Of a stretch of 64,000 nt of DNA, positions 39,462-48,699 are shown piece by piece. Numbering within the stretch: position 1 is the first letter of the stretch; every line of letters starts with the position of its first letter. This DNA comes from an uncultured archaeon. Its GTDB lineage: Archaea; Thermoproteota; Nitrososphaeria; Nitrososphaerales; Gagatemarchaeaceae. Both the position numbers and the translations under genes were made by a program. A model generated the notes under the pieces. That model did no database searches. It had not been told where the DNA came from and saw only the letters and a list, made by a program, of their open reading frames with translations. The stretch lies in NCBI GenBank assembly GCA_963817525.1, contig CAWFOU010000007.1:992001-1056000 (forward strand). The letters are read 5' to 3'.

Positions 39462-39782
39462 CTACTTCGAGGTCGCGGCCAGAGGAGGGACGACGGTGGC
39501 CATGCCGAGCGCCGCCTCGCCCGGGTCGATGCCAGCGCTATAGAGGGACTCCATGATGGCGTGCACCAGCTCCATCGCCGACGACGGGCTAAGCTCCACC
39601 GCGACCCTGGCCCCTGGACCCTCCTTCTCGTTGAAGAACTCGACGTTCACTCCCTGGGGCGTGGACATGTGGTAGGTGCAGTCGTACATCACGCTGACCT
39701 CCTCGAGCTTGAACCACCCTTCGGGTCCCTTACCCGCACCCGCGACCCTTGCCTTTTGGACCAGCCCTGTGCACATGCCCAT
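39462..39782 (-). CDS. Conserved small protein (DUF6295-like)
   Basis: MCT....GAGKG..GWF.....YD.....F.....GPGARVAVELS; family recalled from memory. Confidence 0.7.
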   Translation of the reverse strand: MGMCTGLVQKARVAGAGKGPEGWFKLEEVSVMYDCTYHMSTPQGVNVEFFNEKEGPGARVAVELSPSSAMELVHAIMESLYSAGIDPGEAALGMATVVPPLAATSK

Positions 39783-39789
39783 CGCCTCC

Positions 39790-40569
39790 CTAGGCGCTCT
39801 CCGACGCCAGATACTTCTCCAGGAACGCGAAGATCTTCTTCCAGCCCTCGACGGCCTGCTCCTGCCTGTACATCGGCTTGTCGTAATAGAAGAAGCCGTG
39901 CCCCGCCTTCGGGAACATGTGGAACTCGTAGGTCTTGCCGAACTTCTTGAGCGCCTCCTCGTGCTGGGCGACCTGCTGGGGCGTGGGGTACTGGTCCTCC
40001 TCGCCGAATATGCCGAGCAGCGGGCATGAGAGGTCGACGGTGTAGTCGATGGGGGCGACGGGCGTCTTCGGGGTCAGCTCCGAGGGGGCCATGACGACGC
40101 GCCCTCCCCAGCAGTCCACCGCGGCGCTGAAGCCCTTGCTCCTGCAAGCGGCGAGGAACGCATGGCGGCCTCCCGAGCACGTCCCAAACACGCCGACCTT
40201 GCCGTTCGACGTGGGGTGGTCGGTGAGGTAGTCCCTCGCGCCCGCTGCGTCCCCGACCACCTGGTCGTCGGGAGCCCCTCCCGCGGTGCGGGCTTTGGCC
40301 GCGACGTCCTCGGGCGTCCCGTGGCCGAAGCGATAGAAGATGTTGGGGCTTATCGCCTGATATCCGTGGAGCGCGAACCTGTGCGTGGCCTCCCTATACC
40401 ACTCGTCCCAACCCGGCATGTGGTTGATCAAGACCATCCCGGGGTGAGGGCCTGGCCCGAGGGGTCGCGCGAGGTACGCGTTGATGGTCTCCCCGTTGAA
40501 CCCCTTCATGACGACCGTCTCTGCGAGGATCCCTTCATACATGTCAGTCCGATATTGCTTGTGCGGCAA
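39790..40569 (-). CDS. Dienelactone hydrolase family protein
   Basis: GTCSGG nucleophile, GEED, AGHGF. Confidence 0.92.
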   Translation of the reverse strand: MPHKQYRTDMYEGILAETVVMKGFNGETINAYLARPLGPGPHPGMVLINHMPGWDEWYREATHRFALHGYQAISPNIFYRFGHGTPEDVAAKARTAGGAPDDQVVGDAAGARDYLTDHPTSNGKVGVFGTCSGGRHAFLAACRSKGFSAAVDCWGGRVVMAPSELTPKTPVAPIDYTVDLSCPLLGIFGEEDQYPTPQQVAQHEEALKKFGKTYEFHMFPKAGHGFFYYDKPMYRQEQAVEGWKKIFAFLEKYLASESA

Positions 40570-40622
40570 GGTGACGGAGGTTTGCTCGTCCGGCGCTTAA
40601 AGGGTTATGAGGCAGAGGGCGC

Positions 40623-41366
40623 CTAGACTTCCTTCCATCTCGCCTTCTTGGAGACCACGACGAGGAGGATGGCGGCGAGCGCCGCGATCACCGCCCAGTC
40701 GATTATCACGCTCCCTTCCCCGAGCTTGAGGTACCCGACGGTGTTCTGCATTATCTCCGCCACGTAGGTGGTCGGCGAGAGGTACGCGAGGTACCTGAAA
40801 GGCAGGGGGATGTACGTTATCGGGTAGTAAACGGGCGTTATCGCGGTGAAAATCGTTGTTAGGAGCCTCGACCAGGCGAAGCTCTGGACGATGTCGCTCG
40901 AGAGGGTCGCGAACATGAACCCTATCGTGATCGAGGTCAGGAACATAAGGAGCAGGGCGGCGGTCAGCTCGACGGCCTCCAGCGCGCCGGGATGGATGTA
41001 GACACCCGCCAGGATCACGAGAATCCCCAGCGCGGGGAGGTTGTAGGTAATCTCGGAGGTCGCCATCCCGAGGACGTAGATGGCGGGCGAGGCCGGAGAG
41101 CTCACCAGCATGTCCTGGACCTTGAAGTCGTTCTTGAGGTGGGAAAGGTCCCCCTGGAGCGACATCCCGCTCTGGAACATGCTCATGATGAGCCCTCCCT
41201 CTATCGCCTGCCCGATCAGGGCCCCCTTGCTCACAAAGTCGATCACGACGAGGAACGAGAGGGGCGAGAGCACCGTGTTGACGAGGTTGATCGGGTAGTT
41301 CTTCATCTCGTAGACCGCGTTGACGAGGATCGAGGCGAGCAGTTGGCTCGAGCGGCTCCTCCTCAC
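40623..41366 (-). CDS. ABC-2 type permease
   Basis: About six TM segments, PVYYP..YIP....YLAYLSPTTY; GTG 41366 overlaps the ATPase stop. Confidence 0.88.
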   Translation of the reverse strand: MRRSRSSQLLASILVNAVYEMKNYPINLVNTVLSPLSFLVVIDFVSKGALIGQAIEGGLIMSMFQSGMSLQGDLSHLKNDFKVQDMLVSSPASPAIYVLGMATSEITYNLPALGILVILAGVYIHPGALEAVELTAALLLMFLTSITIGFMFATLSSDIVQSFAWSRLLTTIFTAITPVYYPITYIPLPFRYLAYLSPTTYVAEIMQNTVGYLKLGEGSVIIDWAVIAALAAILLVVVSKKARWKEV

Positions 41367-42307
41367 GCCGACCACCCCCCCTCCGTCCCCACGGTCGCGG
41401 CTTCCTGCTCCTGCTGCGTGGTCTCCCCGACGAGCTGGAAGAATATGTCGTCGAGCGAGACCGGGGCGATGGAGAACCTCGTCCCCGACGTCGAGAGCTT
41501 TCTCGACAGCGAGAAGGCCTCGTCCTCGTTGGTGAGTATCTGGACCTGCCCGTCTCTCCCAGTGGTGACCTCGCCCTGGGAGACGCTCGGGACGGGGGAG
41601 TTGGCGGGGAGCTTGATGCTGTACTGGTATCTCGTCCGCTCCCGGATGGAGGGGACCGTCCCCACCGCTACGAGGCGCCCGCCGCCGAGTATCGCCAGGG
41701 TGTCTGCGAGCTGCTCCGCCTCCTCGAGGTAGTGGGTCGTGAGGAAGATGAAACGGTCCTTCGCGAGCTCGCGCAGGATCCCCCAAAAGTCCCTCCTCGA
41801 AATCGGGTCGAGGCCGGTCGTCGGCTCGTCGAGGAAGATGATGTCGGCCTCCGAGGCGAGCACCATCGCTGCCAGGGCCTTCCTCTTGGTGCCCCCCGAG
41901 AGCTTGCGGTTGAGGGTGTCCGCGAACTTGTCGAGCTTCAGCCTCGCCAGCGACTCCTCCGCCCTCTTCTTCGCCTCGGAGTAGTCGAACCCTCTCCACA
42001 TCAGGTAGGTGAGGGTTGCCTGCTTCGGCGTCATCCACGATATCGTCCTCGCCTCCTGCGGGACTATGGCAATCCTCTCCCTGAGCCTCTTGTCCTCTCG
42101 CACCACGTCGATGCCGTTTATCCAGGCAGTGCCCGAGGTGGGCGCAAGCTCGGTGGCGAGTATCCTCACGAGCGTCGTCTTGCCCGCGCCGTTCCTGCCT
42201 ATGAGCGCGAATATCCCCGACGACGGGGCGGAGAGGCTGACGTCCTGGAGGGCCATCGACGGCCCGCCGTACGTCTTGCTCAGCCTTTCGGTGACAATCT
42301 GATCCAA
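41363..42307 (-). CDS. ABC-2 exporter ATP-binding protein
   Basis: GRNGAGKT, LSGG, FLDEPTTGLD, TTHYLEEA. Confidence 0.94.
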   Translation of the reverse strand: MDQIVTERLSKTYGGPSMALQDVSLSAPSSGIFALIGRNGAGKTTLVRILATELAPTSGTAWINGIDVVREDKRLRERIAIVPQEARTISWMTPKQATLTYLMWRGFDYSEAKKRAEESLARLKLDKFADTLNRKLSGGTKRKALAAMVLASEADIIFLDEPTTGLDPISRRDFWGILRELAKDRFIFLTTHYLEEAEQLADTLAILGGGRLVAVGTVPSIRERTRYQYSIKLPANSPVPSVSQGEVTTGRDGQVQILTNEDEAFSLSRKLSTSGTRFSIAPVSLDDIFFQLVGETTQQEQEAATVGTEGGWSA

Positions 42308-42447
42308 GCGGTCTCTCTGAAATCCGCTCGCGTATCGAGTGCTATTTTAACTGGGGACCGCGCGTCCTGACCTGGCCGCGCCGGCGTCGTAGAGCACTCC
42401 TCTACAATCGTATTATACCGGGGCAGGCCGCGAACGACGACCGAGAT

Positions 42448-42924
42448 TTGAACGGGCTGCGAGCGGGGAAGTACGGTTTCAGGATCGCCTCGCTCATCGT
42501 GGAGATCCTCATCCTGCTGATAGTCGCGGGTCCGGCAGCGGGGGCCGTCTCTCCAGAGCTAGGGTCGCAGCACTACGGAGTGGGGATCGAGCTGTCGGCC
42601 ATCCAACCGCAGCTTCAAAGCGTCTTCTCGACCTCCAACATTATCGGGACACACGAGATATCGGTCCCCGCCTTTAACGAATGGCCCTTCTCAGCGAAGG
42701 CAGGCCTGACCCTCACGCTCGTCGACGGGAACCAGACCATCTACCAGAGCCAACCCGCGACTGTCCAGCTCGCCCCATTCCAGTCAGGCGACATCGACGT
42801 CTCGATGGTCTTCTCCCCCGCCCTGGTCTCTGAGATGGAGGGGCACAACGTCGGCGTGGGAGGCTCCATGACGCTCTCTGAAGTCCCGTTCTGGACGGTC
42901 ACGGTGAACCTGGCCGAGTCGTGA
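42448..42924 (+). CDS. Membrane-anchored hypothetical protein
   Basis: N-terminal hydrophobic helix, beta-rich domain. Confidence 0.65.
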   Translation: MNGLRAGKYGFRIASLIVEILILLIVAGPAAGAVSPELGSQHYGVGIELSAIQPQLQSVFSTSNIIGTHEISVPAFNEWPFSAKAGLTLTLVDGNQTIYQSQPATVQLAPFQSGDIDVSMVFSPALVSEMEGHNVGVGGSMTLSEVPFWTVTVNLAES

Positions 42925-42929
42925 TGTGA

Positions 42930-43379
42930 TTGGCGAGCATTGCGAACGGCCTCTCTAGAGCCGCCCTGAACTTCATCGTGGTCGGGGTCGCGCTCCCCTA
43001 CGTGATAGAGTCGCTCTCGTCGAAGATCTCCACCTACGTGTCGCTGCCGCCGGCAGGCGAGGTCTGGGCGGTCTTCGTCGCGATAGGGGCAGCTTTCGCG
43101 GTGACCGGGTTTCTCCAGCACGCATACTCCAAGGGCGAATACCCCTGGCTCGCCGGCAAGCTCTCGAGCGGCATCGTGGACATCGCGCTCTTCACCTACG
43201 CCTACTCACTCCTCCCGCAATCCGTAGGCTCAGCCTCCGGAGGGATCCAGGCCTCCGACCTGCTATACCTCATCTATCTCGCGATTGCCCTGCCCTACGG
43301 CTATCTGGTCCTCGACTTTTTCGATGCCAGACGAACCAAGAGCAGCGCCATATCGCAACCCTCCGCGGTGAGCGCGTAG
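42930..43379 (+). CDS. Four-TM hypothetical membrane protein
   Basis: Four hydrophobic segments; 5 bp after the previous gene. Confidence 0.7.
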   Translation: MASIANGLSRAALNFIVVGVALPYVIESLSSKISTYVSLPPAGEVWAVFVAIGAAFAVTGFLQHAYSKGEYPWLAGKLSSGIVDIALFTYAYSLLPQSVGSASGGIQASDLLYLIYLAIALPYGYLVLDFFDARRTKSSAISQPSAVSA

Positions 43380-43382
43380 CCC

Positions 43383-44654
43383 CTATCTGCCCTTCGAGAC
43401 CTCATCGACCAGCTCCTTCGCCCTGTCGAAGCGGATCTTCTTCTCGGCTATCATCTTCTCCGCCACCTGGTCCACCGCCGTCCCTTTGGCACCGGCGCTC
43501 ATCGCGAGGGACCGCGCGTGGAGCTTCATGTGGCCCTTCTGGATCCCCTCCGAGGCAAGGGCCCGCAGGGCCGCGAAGTTCTGCGCCAGCCCGACCGCGC
43601 CCATCACTTCCGCCAGCTCGATCGCCGTCTTGATCCCGAGTATCTTGATGTTGGCCTTCGCCTCAGGGTGGACCCTCGCCGCGCCCCCCACCAGGCCCAC
43701 GGCCATCGGCATCTCCAGCGTCCCGACGAGGTCCCCGTCCTTGTTCTTCTTCCACGCAGTGAGGGGCTTGTACGCCCCCGAGCGCGCGGCGTAGCTGTGG
43801 GCGCCAGCTTCCAGGGCCCTTGTGTCCTGCCCGCACGCAAGCGCGACTGCTATCACGCCGTTCATGATGCCCTTGTTGTGGGTGGCACACCTGTACGGGT
43901 CGCCCTCCGCAAACGCGTAGGCGTAGACTATCCCCTCGACGACCTCCTTGCCCCCGAGCGCCTCCCTCTCGAAGACCGCGGTGGCCTTTACGAGCCTCTT
44001 GTCCGCGAGGTTCGAGATTATCCTGAGGTAGACCTTGCCACCACTGATCTCCTCGACCAGGGGAGCAACCGCCTCCGCCATGGTGTTGACCGCGTTTGCG
44101 CCCATGGCGTCGCCGGTGTTCACGAGGAGCTCGACTATCACCATGGGCCCCTTGAGCGTCTTGATGACCTTCACTCTGATGTCCTTCGCCCCGCCGCCCA
44201 GCGAGACCAGCATGGGGTCCTGCTCGTTGGCTCTGGCGAGGAGCACCCTCTTCTTCACGAGCAGCCTCTTGGCCGCCGCCTGCGGCTTTGGCACCCCCAC
44301 CGTCTGGATCTGCCCGATCATCACCGGGCCTGTGTTCGTGACATTGAAGCCTCCCTTCACCCTAGCGATCTTCGCGGCGTTGCTCGCCGCGGCGACCACC
44401 GAGGGCTCTTCGAGCGCCATGGGCACGACGTAGTCCCTGCCGTTGACGAGGAAGTTGGTGGCCATCCCCAGCGGAAGGGTCATCCCGCCCACGACGTTCT
44501 CTATCATCCTGCTGGCGACGTCCGCGGATAGCCCGCCAGTGTTCCCGATCGCCTTCGCCTCCTCCTCGGTGAGCCCAGCAAGCTTCCTGACGAGCTCGAG
44601 CCTCTCCTGGACGCTGAGCTTGTAGAAACCCGGAAGCTCCGAAGTTCCCTCCAT
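43383..44654 (-). CDS. mvaA: HMG-CoA reductase, class II
   Basis: ENVVG, EEPSVVAA, DAMGAN, THNKGIMNG, EGIQKGHMKLH. Confidence 0.95.
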   Translation of the reverse strand: MEGTSELPGFYKLSVQERLELVRKLAGLTEEEAKAIGNTGGLSADVASRMIENVVGGMTLPLGMATNFLVNGRDYVVPMALEEPSVVAAASNAAKIARVKGGFNVTNTGPVMIGQIQTVGVPKPQAAAKRLLVKKRVLLARANEQDPMLVSLGGGAKDIRVKVIKTLKGPMVIVELLVNTGDAMGANAVNTMAEAVAPLVEEISGGKVYLRIISNLADKRLVKATAVFEREALGGKEVVEGIVYAYAFAEGDPYRCATHNKGIMNGVIAVALACGQDTRALEAGAHSYAARSGAYKPLTAWKKNKDGDLVGTLEMPMAVGLVGGAARVHPEAKANIKILGIKTAIELAEVMGAVGLAQNFAALRALASEGIQKGHMKLHARSLAMSAGAKGTAVDQVAEKMIAEKKIRFDRAKELVDEVSKGR

Positions 44655-44712
44655 CTGTCTCCAGGCGCGCTTCGCCCGACCCCGTATTAAATCTGAGACC
44701 GCAGGCCGGGCC

Positions 44713-45654
44713 TCAGCCCTTGCTCGGCTTCAGCCGCTTCTCGGGGGCACCAACGATGCCGCGGACGGCGAGCTCCCTCAGGATTTCCTTGGAGTCGCTC
44801 CCCCTCCCTACAGCGCTCCTGAGCATGGCCTCCCCGGCCTTGGACTCCCCGTTCCTCAGCATCCCCAGGGCGAACCAGAGCCTGAGCTCCGCGCTCTCCG
44901 GGGACAGGGAGATCGCCTTGGAGAACTCCCTCCCTCCCTTCGCGAGGTCCCCCCTGGCGAGAAGCTCCTCCCCGCTCGCGGCGTGGCCGTAGGCCTCCTG
45001 GACCTTGAGCATGGCCTTCAGCTCCCTGAGCGGGCTGTCGCTGCTATCCACGCGCAGGTCCAGCAGCCTCCCCTCCCAAGGCGTGTTCGTGGGCAAGGCC
45101 GCGACCACCATCACCGCCGCGGACCTCACTGCGCCCCTTGTGGCCTGCCCCCCCGCCTCGAGGGCTGCCACCATCCTCCCCGCCAGGCCCGCCTTGGCGC
45201 CGCGATATGCCGCAGCCACCGACCTCCAGGCCCTCTTCGCGCCCACGAAGTTCGCCTGGACGCAGAACCCCCTGCCCGCCAGGTGGCCTGACTCTGGAAG
45301 GCAGCCCTTCCCTGTGTGTGCCGCAGTCCGCCCCTTCGAGTCCATCATCATCACCTGTCTCACACCCGGTCTGGGGTCGGTGGCGAGCAGGGACTTTAGC
45401 GCCTGGGGCGGGGTCTTCCCTCCCTTCAGGAGGGCCAGCCCCAGGGGGCCGTACGTCGGCTCCACTGTCCCCTGCGCGACGACCACGCCCACCCCTGGCT
45501 CGGTCCAGATGGTCCTCGAGCCGACCGAGAAGGACTGCGAGAGCACCGCGGCGCCCATCTCGCCCGTCCTCCTGTCGAGCGCGACTATCGAAAGTGCCCC
45601 CCCGAGGGGCGTCAGGGTCATCGTGAACTCGGCGCCAACATCGGATAAAAGCAC
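44713..45654 (-). CDS. DUF1028 (Ntn-hydrolase-like) protein with C-terminal TPR
   Basis: SIVALD..TGEMG.AV.S, GVGVV, RQV..MD..G..AAHTG, DLRVD...PL.EL; start uncertain. Confidence 0.82.
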   Translation of the reverse strand: MLLSDVGAEFTMTLTPLGGALSIVALDRRTGEMGAAVLSQSFSVGSRTIWTEPGVGVVVAQGTVEPTYGPLGLALLKGGKTPPQALKSLLATDPRPGVRQVMMMDSKGRTAAHTGKGCLPESGHLAGRGFCVQANFVGAKRAWRSVAAAYRGAKAGLAGRMVAALEAGGQATRGAVRSAAVMVVAALPTNTPWEGRLLDLRVDSSDSPLRELKAMLKVQEAYGHAASGEELLARGDLAKGGREFSKAISLSPESAELRLWFALGMLRNGESKAGEAMLRSAVGRGSDSKEILRELAVRGIVGAPEKRLKPSKG

Positions 45655-45709
45655 TCGCCCCGCATTCGGGTAAGGATAAAAACTGCAGTTTGCCGGCAGC
45701 CAATTCGGC

Positions 45710-45787
45710 GGGCCGGTCGTCTAGCTTGGTTTGGACATCGCTCTGACACGGCGAAGGTCGAGTGTTCAAATCACTCCCGGCCCACCA
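45710..45787 (+). tRNA. tRNA-Val(GAC), CCA encoded
   Basis: GGGCCGG...TCGCT-CT-GAC-AC-GGCGA...TTCAAAT...CCGGCCC-A-CCA. Confidence 0.95.
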
Positions 45788-45847
45788 CCTCCTCCTTTTC
45801 CATCCATCCGATTACGGTTAAAGCGGCGAGGCATCGGAGCCCCATCG

Positions 45848-47245
45848 TTGGACAAGGTAGGCGTGCTCGTGGTCTCAAAGTGCCTGAGCGCCTCGGCGAT
45901 GATCGACACCCTCGCGAGGAGCGACAGGTACCTCCCCGAGTTCTACGTCGCGGAGAGGCAGGTCAACCCATTCAACTTCTCAAAGGCGAAGGTCCACAGG
46001 GTGATCCCGGACCTCAACGTCGGGGACATCGCGAAGTTCGCCAGCAGGTACGAGAAGCAGATCGCCTTCGGCCTCACCGACACGGAGGACTTTGTCACGG
46101 CCGGGGGGCGGGACATAGTGGAAAGGGAGACCGGAATCCAGATGCTCTGCGTCACGAAGGAGTTCGCGGTCGAGGCGAGCAAGGCCGACCAGCGCCTGCT
46201 CTTCGAGAGGCTGTGCCCGGAGGCGAACCCGCGCTACAAGGTCTTCGACCCCGCCAAGTACCAATCCGCGGACGCGGCCGTCGCCGAGCTCAGGAGCTTC
46301 TCGAAGGAGCTCGAGGGCGGGTTCGCGATAAAGCCCGACGCGCCCACGAGGGGCGCCGGGGTCGGGGTCTGGGGGAAGGACTTTCTGACCGAGGAAGAGG
46401 CCGTTGGCTTCTTCCGAAACGTCTACTCGAAGGGGCGGATCGTGGTCGAGGAGCGCATCGAGGGGGAGGAGTCGAGCTTCCACGCGTTCAGCGACGGGCG
46501 GCACTTCGTCCCCGCCCCGCTGACCCGCGACTACAAGCGCGCCCTCGACGGGGACAAGGGGAAGCTCACCGGAGGGATGGGGAGCTACAGGGGCCCGGAG
46601 GACCGCCTCCCCTTCCTCCCACCGTCGGAGTGGGACTCGGTGGTCCGCCTCGAGCAGGGCGCGTTCGAGAAGTGGAAGGGCAGGGGCTCGAACCCTGGCC
46701 TCAGGGGGATTGTCCTCTACGACGCCCTCATGCACACGCGCGGGGGGTTCAAGATACTCGAGAGAAACAGCAGGGGAGGGAACACCGAGCAGATGTGCCT
46801 CCTCACCACCATGCTCGACGACTATATCGACGTCTGCTACCGAATGGTCGACGGGAGCCTGAAGGGGATCAGGTTCTCGAACAAGGCCTCCGTGGTGACC
46901 TGCGCCGTCCCCCTCAACTACGGGACGGGCGGGCCCCAAGGCCCCGCCGAGGAGGCCGTGAACCTCGACCACGCGCTCGCGCTCGAGGGCGGGAAGCACG
47001 ACCTCAGGGTCTTCCCCATGGACCTAAGGCTCGACGATACCGGGATGACGCTGATGGGCACCTCGCGCTCCGTGGCGGTCGCGGGCGTGGCCGCGTCGGT
47101 CGAGGACGCCCACGACATCTCGGTGGAGGGGGCGAAGGCCCTGGGCCGCAAGTTCCGCTTCCGGGAGGACGTGGGGAGCGGGGCGGATATCGCGAAGAGC
47201 AGGGAGCACCTGCAGGCGGTCAGGAAGGCCGGAAGCGGGAAGTAG
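45848..47245 (+). CDS. purD: Phosphoribosylamine--glycine ligase-like ATP-grasp enzyme (divergent)
   Basis: VEASK, IKPD....GAGV, VEERIEGEE, DYKRALDGDKG.LTGGMGSY, ILERNSR. Confidence 0.7.
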   Translation: MDKVGVLVVSKCLSASAMIDTLARSDRYLPEFYVAERQVNPFNFSKAKVHRVIPDLNVGDIAKFASRYEKQIAFGLTDTEDFVTAGGRDIVERETGIQMLCVTKEFAVEASKADQRLLFERLCPEANPRYKVFDPAKYQSADAAVAELRSFSKELEGGFAIKPDAPTRGAGVGVWGKDFLTEEEAVGFFRNVYSKGRIVVEERIEGEESSFHAFSDGRHFVPAPLTRDYKRALDGDKGKLTGGMGSYRGPEDRLPFLPPSEWDSVVRLEQGAFEKWKGRGSNPGLRGIVLYDALMHTRGGFKILERNSRGGNTEQMCLLTTMLDDYIDVCYRMVDGSLKGIRFSNKASVVTCAVPLNYGTGGPQGPAEEAVNLDHALALEGGKHDLRVFPMDLRLDDTGMTLMGTSRSVAVAGVAASVEDAHDISVEGAKALGRKFRFREDVGSGADIAKSREHLQAVRKAGSGK

Positions 47246-47254
47246 GGCGCGGCC

Positions 47255-47342
47255 CTACTGGACGTAGACGGCCATCTGCTGCTCGATCTTCCGGAGCCTC
47301 TCGACCCTGTGCGGGAGGGACGGAGGTGTCGAGAGAGCTCGA
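47255..47342 (-). pseudogene. 3' remnant of an HtpX/M48 protease-like gene
   Basis: Reads LSTPPSLPHRVERLRKIEQQM, close to the HtpX terminal ELFSTHP....R..RL motif. Confidence 0.45.
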
Positions 47343-47350
47343 GCCGGCAT

Positions 47351-47399
47351 CATGGCGCCATAATAGTTATTTAGGGCGCCATAAAGAGTGTGGCGCCAT
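47351..47399. promoter_or_regulatory. Three GGCGCCAT palindromic boxes upstream of the AbrB-like gene
   Basis: ATGGCGCCAT, AGGGCGCCAT and TGGCGCCAT flank an AT-rich TATA-like tract. Confidence 0.55.
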
Positions 47400-47607
47400 G
47401 GTGAAACTGCAGAAACACAAGGCATACACGTATCAGGCCAACGACGGAGAGAAAATCGACCATTACAAGTATTCAATCAACATTCCAGAGAGTGCCATAG
47501 CAGAGCTTGGTTGGGCGGAGGGGCAGGAAATCAATTTGCGAATTGACCAGCATGCGTTGGCGCTTAAAGCCGGCAAGGGCCCTAAGGGGGAGGCGAAAGA
47601 GAAATGA
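47398..47607 (+). CDS. AbrB/MazE/SpoVT-like DNA-binding protein
   Basis: KLQ......YSINIPESAIAELGWAEGQEI; hidden in the tail of shadow ORF 45880..47607. Confidence 0.8.
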   Translation: MVKLQKHKAYTYQANDGEKIDHYKYSINIPESAIAELGWAEGQEINLRIDQHALALKAGKGPKGEAKEK

Positions 47608-48320
47608 CGTTGACGGTGTGCCTTACGGGTAAGGATGGGATTGTGATAGGGTCGGACAGTCGTGGGACCTTTGGCGACCCGCGAGGAGTTACCGCACAAA
47701 ATGATACCATCAAGAAGACGTATCTGGTGGGCGACGTTGGAATCCTGATGGCAGGCGCAACAAATGGCAACATGATAGTTGAAGAGGTTGCGAAAGCAGT
47801 TACGGCAGAGAAAATCCAAGGTGTAACTAAGACGATGGAGAAGGTGCGAGAGATAAGCATGAAGAAATTTGATGAGTGGTTTCCGGGATTTCCATACTTC
47901 GCTGAGCAGGGACAGAATCCTGCATTTCAACGGCCCAACATGCAGTTGACAATCGCAGGATATGATACTGATGATGGTAAGCGGGTTCCACGACTCTACA
48001 GCATGGTAAGCAACTACGCTTTCGCGCCGAACTTGCATGATTTCGGATCTGCTTTGGGTGGCGTTGCCCAATACGCGTTGTACCTGCTGAATCGTCTGCA
48101 TGCTCCTGAAATGGGGGTTGCGAGTCTCAAGCACTTGGCTGCCTACGTGATAACTGAGACCGCCTCCCAAGATGGGAAGGTCGGCGGTCCAGTTCAGTTG
48201 GGAGTAATTCTTCCACAAGGCGGAGCCTACATGCTCACCAAAGAGCAAATAGAAGCAATACTCGTCGAGAACGAGAAAAGCAGCAAAGGCCTTAAGAGTC
48301 TGTTCAACAAGGTAGGATAA
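47604..48320 (+). CDS. Proteasome beta-subunit-like Ntn hydrolase
   Basis: M-T1...KDGIVIGSD17SRGT...KK, ILMAG, IAGYD, PRLY, ALGG, D..VGGP. Confidence 0.82.
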   Translation: MTLTVCLTGKDGIVIGSDSRGTFGDPRGVTAQNDTIKKTYLVGDVGILMAGATNGNMIVEEVAKAVTAEKIQGVTKTMEKVREISMKKFDEWFPGFPYFAEQGQNPAFQRPNMQLTIAGYDTDDGKRVPRLYSMVSNYAFAPNLHDFGSALGGVAQYALYLLNRLHAPEMGVASLKHLAAYVITETASQDGKVGGPVQLGVILPQGGAYMLTKEQIEAILVENEKSSKGLKSLFNKVG

Positions 48321-48322
48321 CC

Positions 48323-48508
48323 ATGGAAGTCAGGGTAGTCAAGTCCCCGTTGCCCTACGGCATAGAGAATTTGCCAGAATCCACACAGATGGGGTTTGTG
48401 ACTACGAATATTACACTAGAGAGTGGAATAGTGATTACTAATTCCAACCAGTTTTCCTCCGACGACGACTTTGAAAAGGAAGCCACTGACTACGAAACGG
48501 ATTCCTAA
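48323..48508 (+). CDS. Small protein with acidic tail
   Basis: ATG 2 bp after the previous stop; ends SSDDDFEKEATDYETDS. Confidence 0.5.
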   Translation: MEVRVVKSPLPYGIENLPESTQMGFVTTNITLESGIVITNSNQFSSDDDFEKEATDYETDS

Positions 48509-48699
48509 ATAGTGCGGAATCATCCTATTTTATTCGTAGCTTCGGAAATCCGCGGATGGGAATTGCGACAACCAATCCCGTCGCCGTGCTTGGGATACTC
48601 AGGCAGCCTTCAGCGACCGTTAGTGGTCTCGGCTACTACAGTCATTCTCTACACCAAACCTTTCCAAAAAGGTTAAAGAAATCCTGATGGGGTTTCTCT

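Noticed and set aside
45880-47607. 575-aa ORF as a single gene
   Set aside because: Shadow of the PurD-like gene; only the last 69 codons (AbrB-like) are credible.
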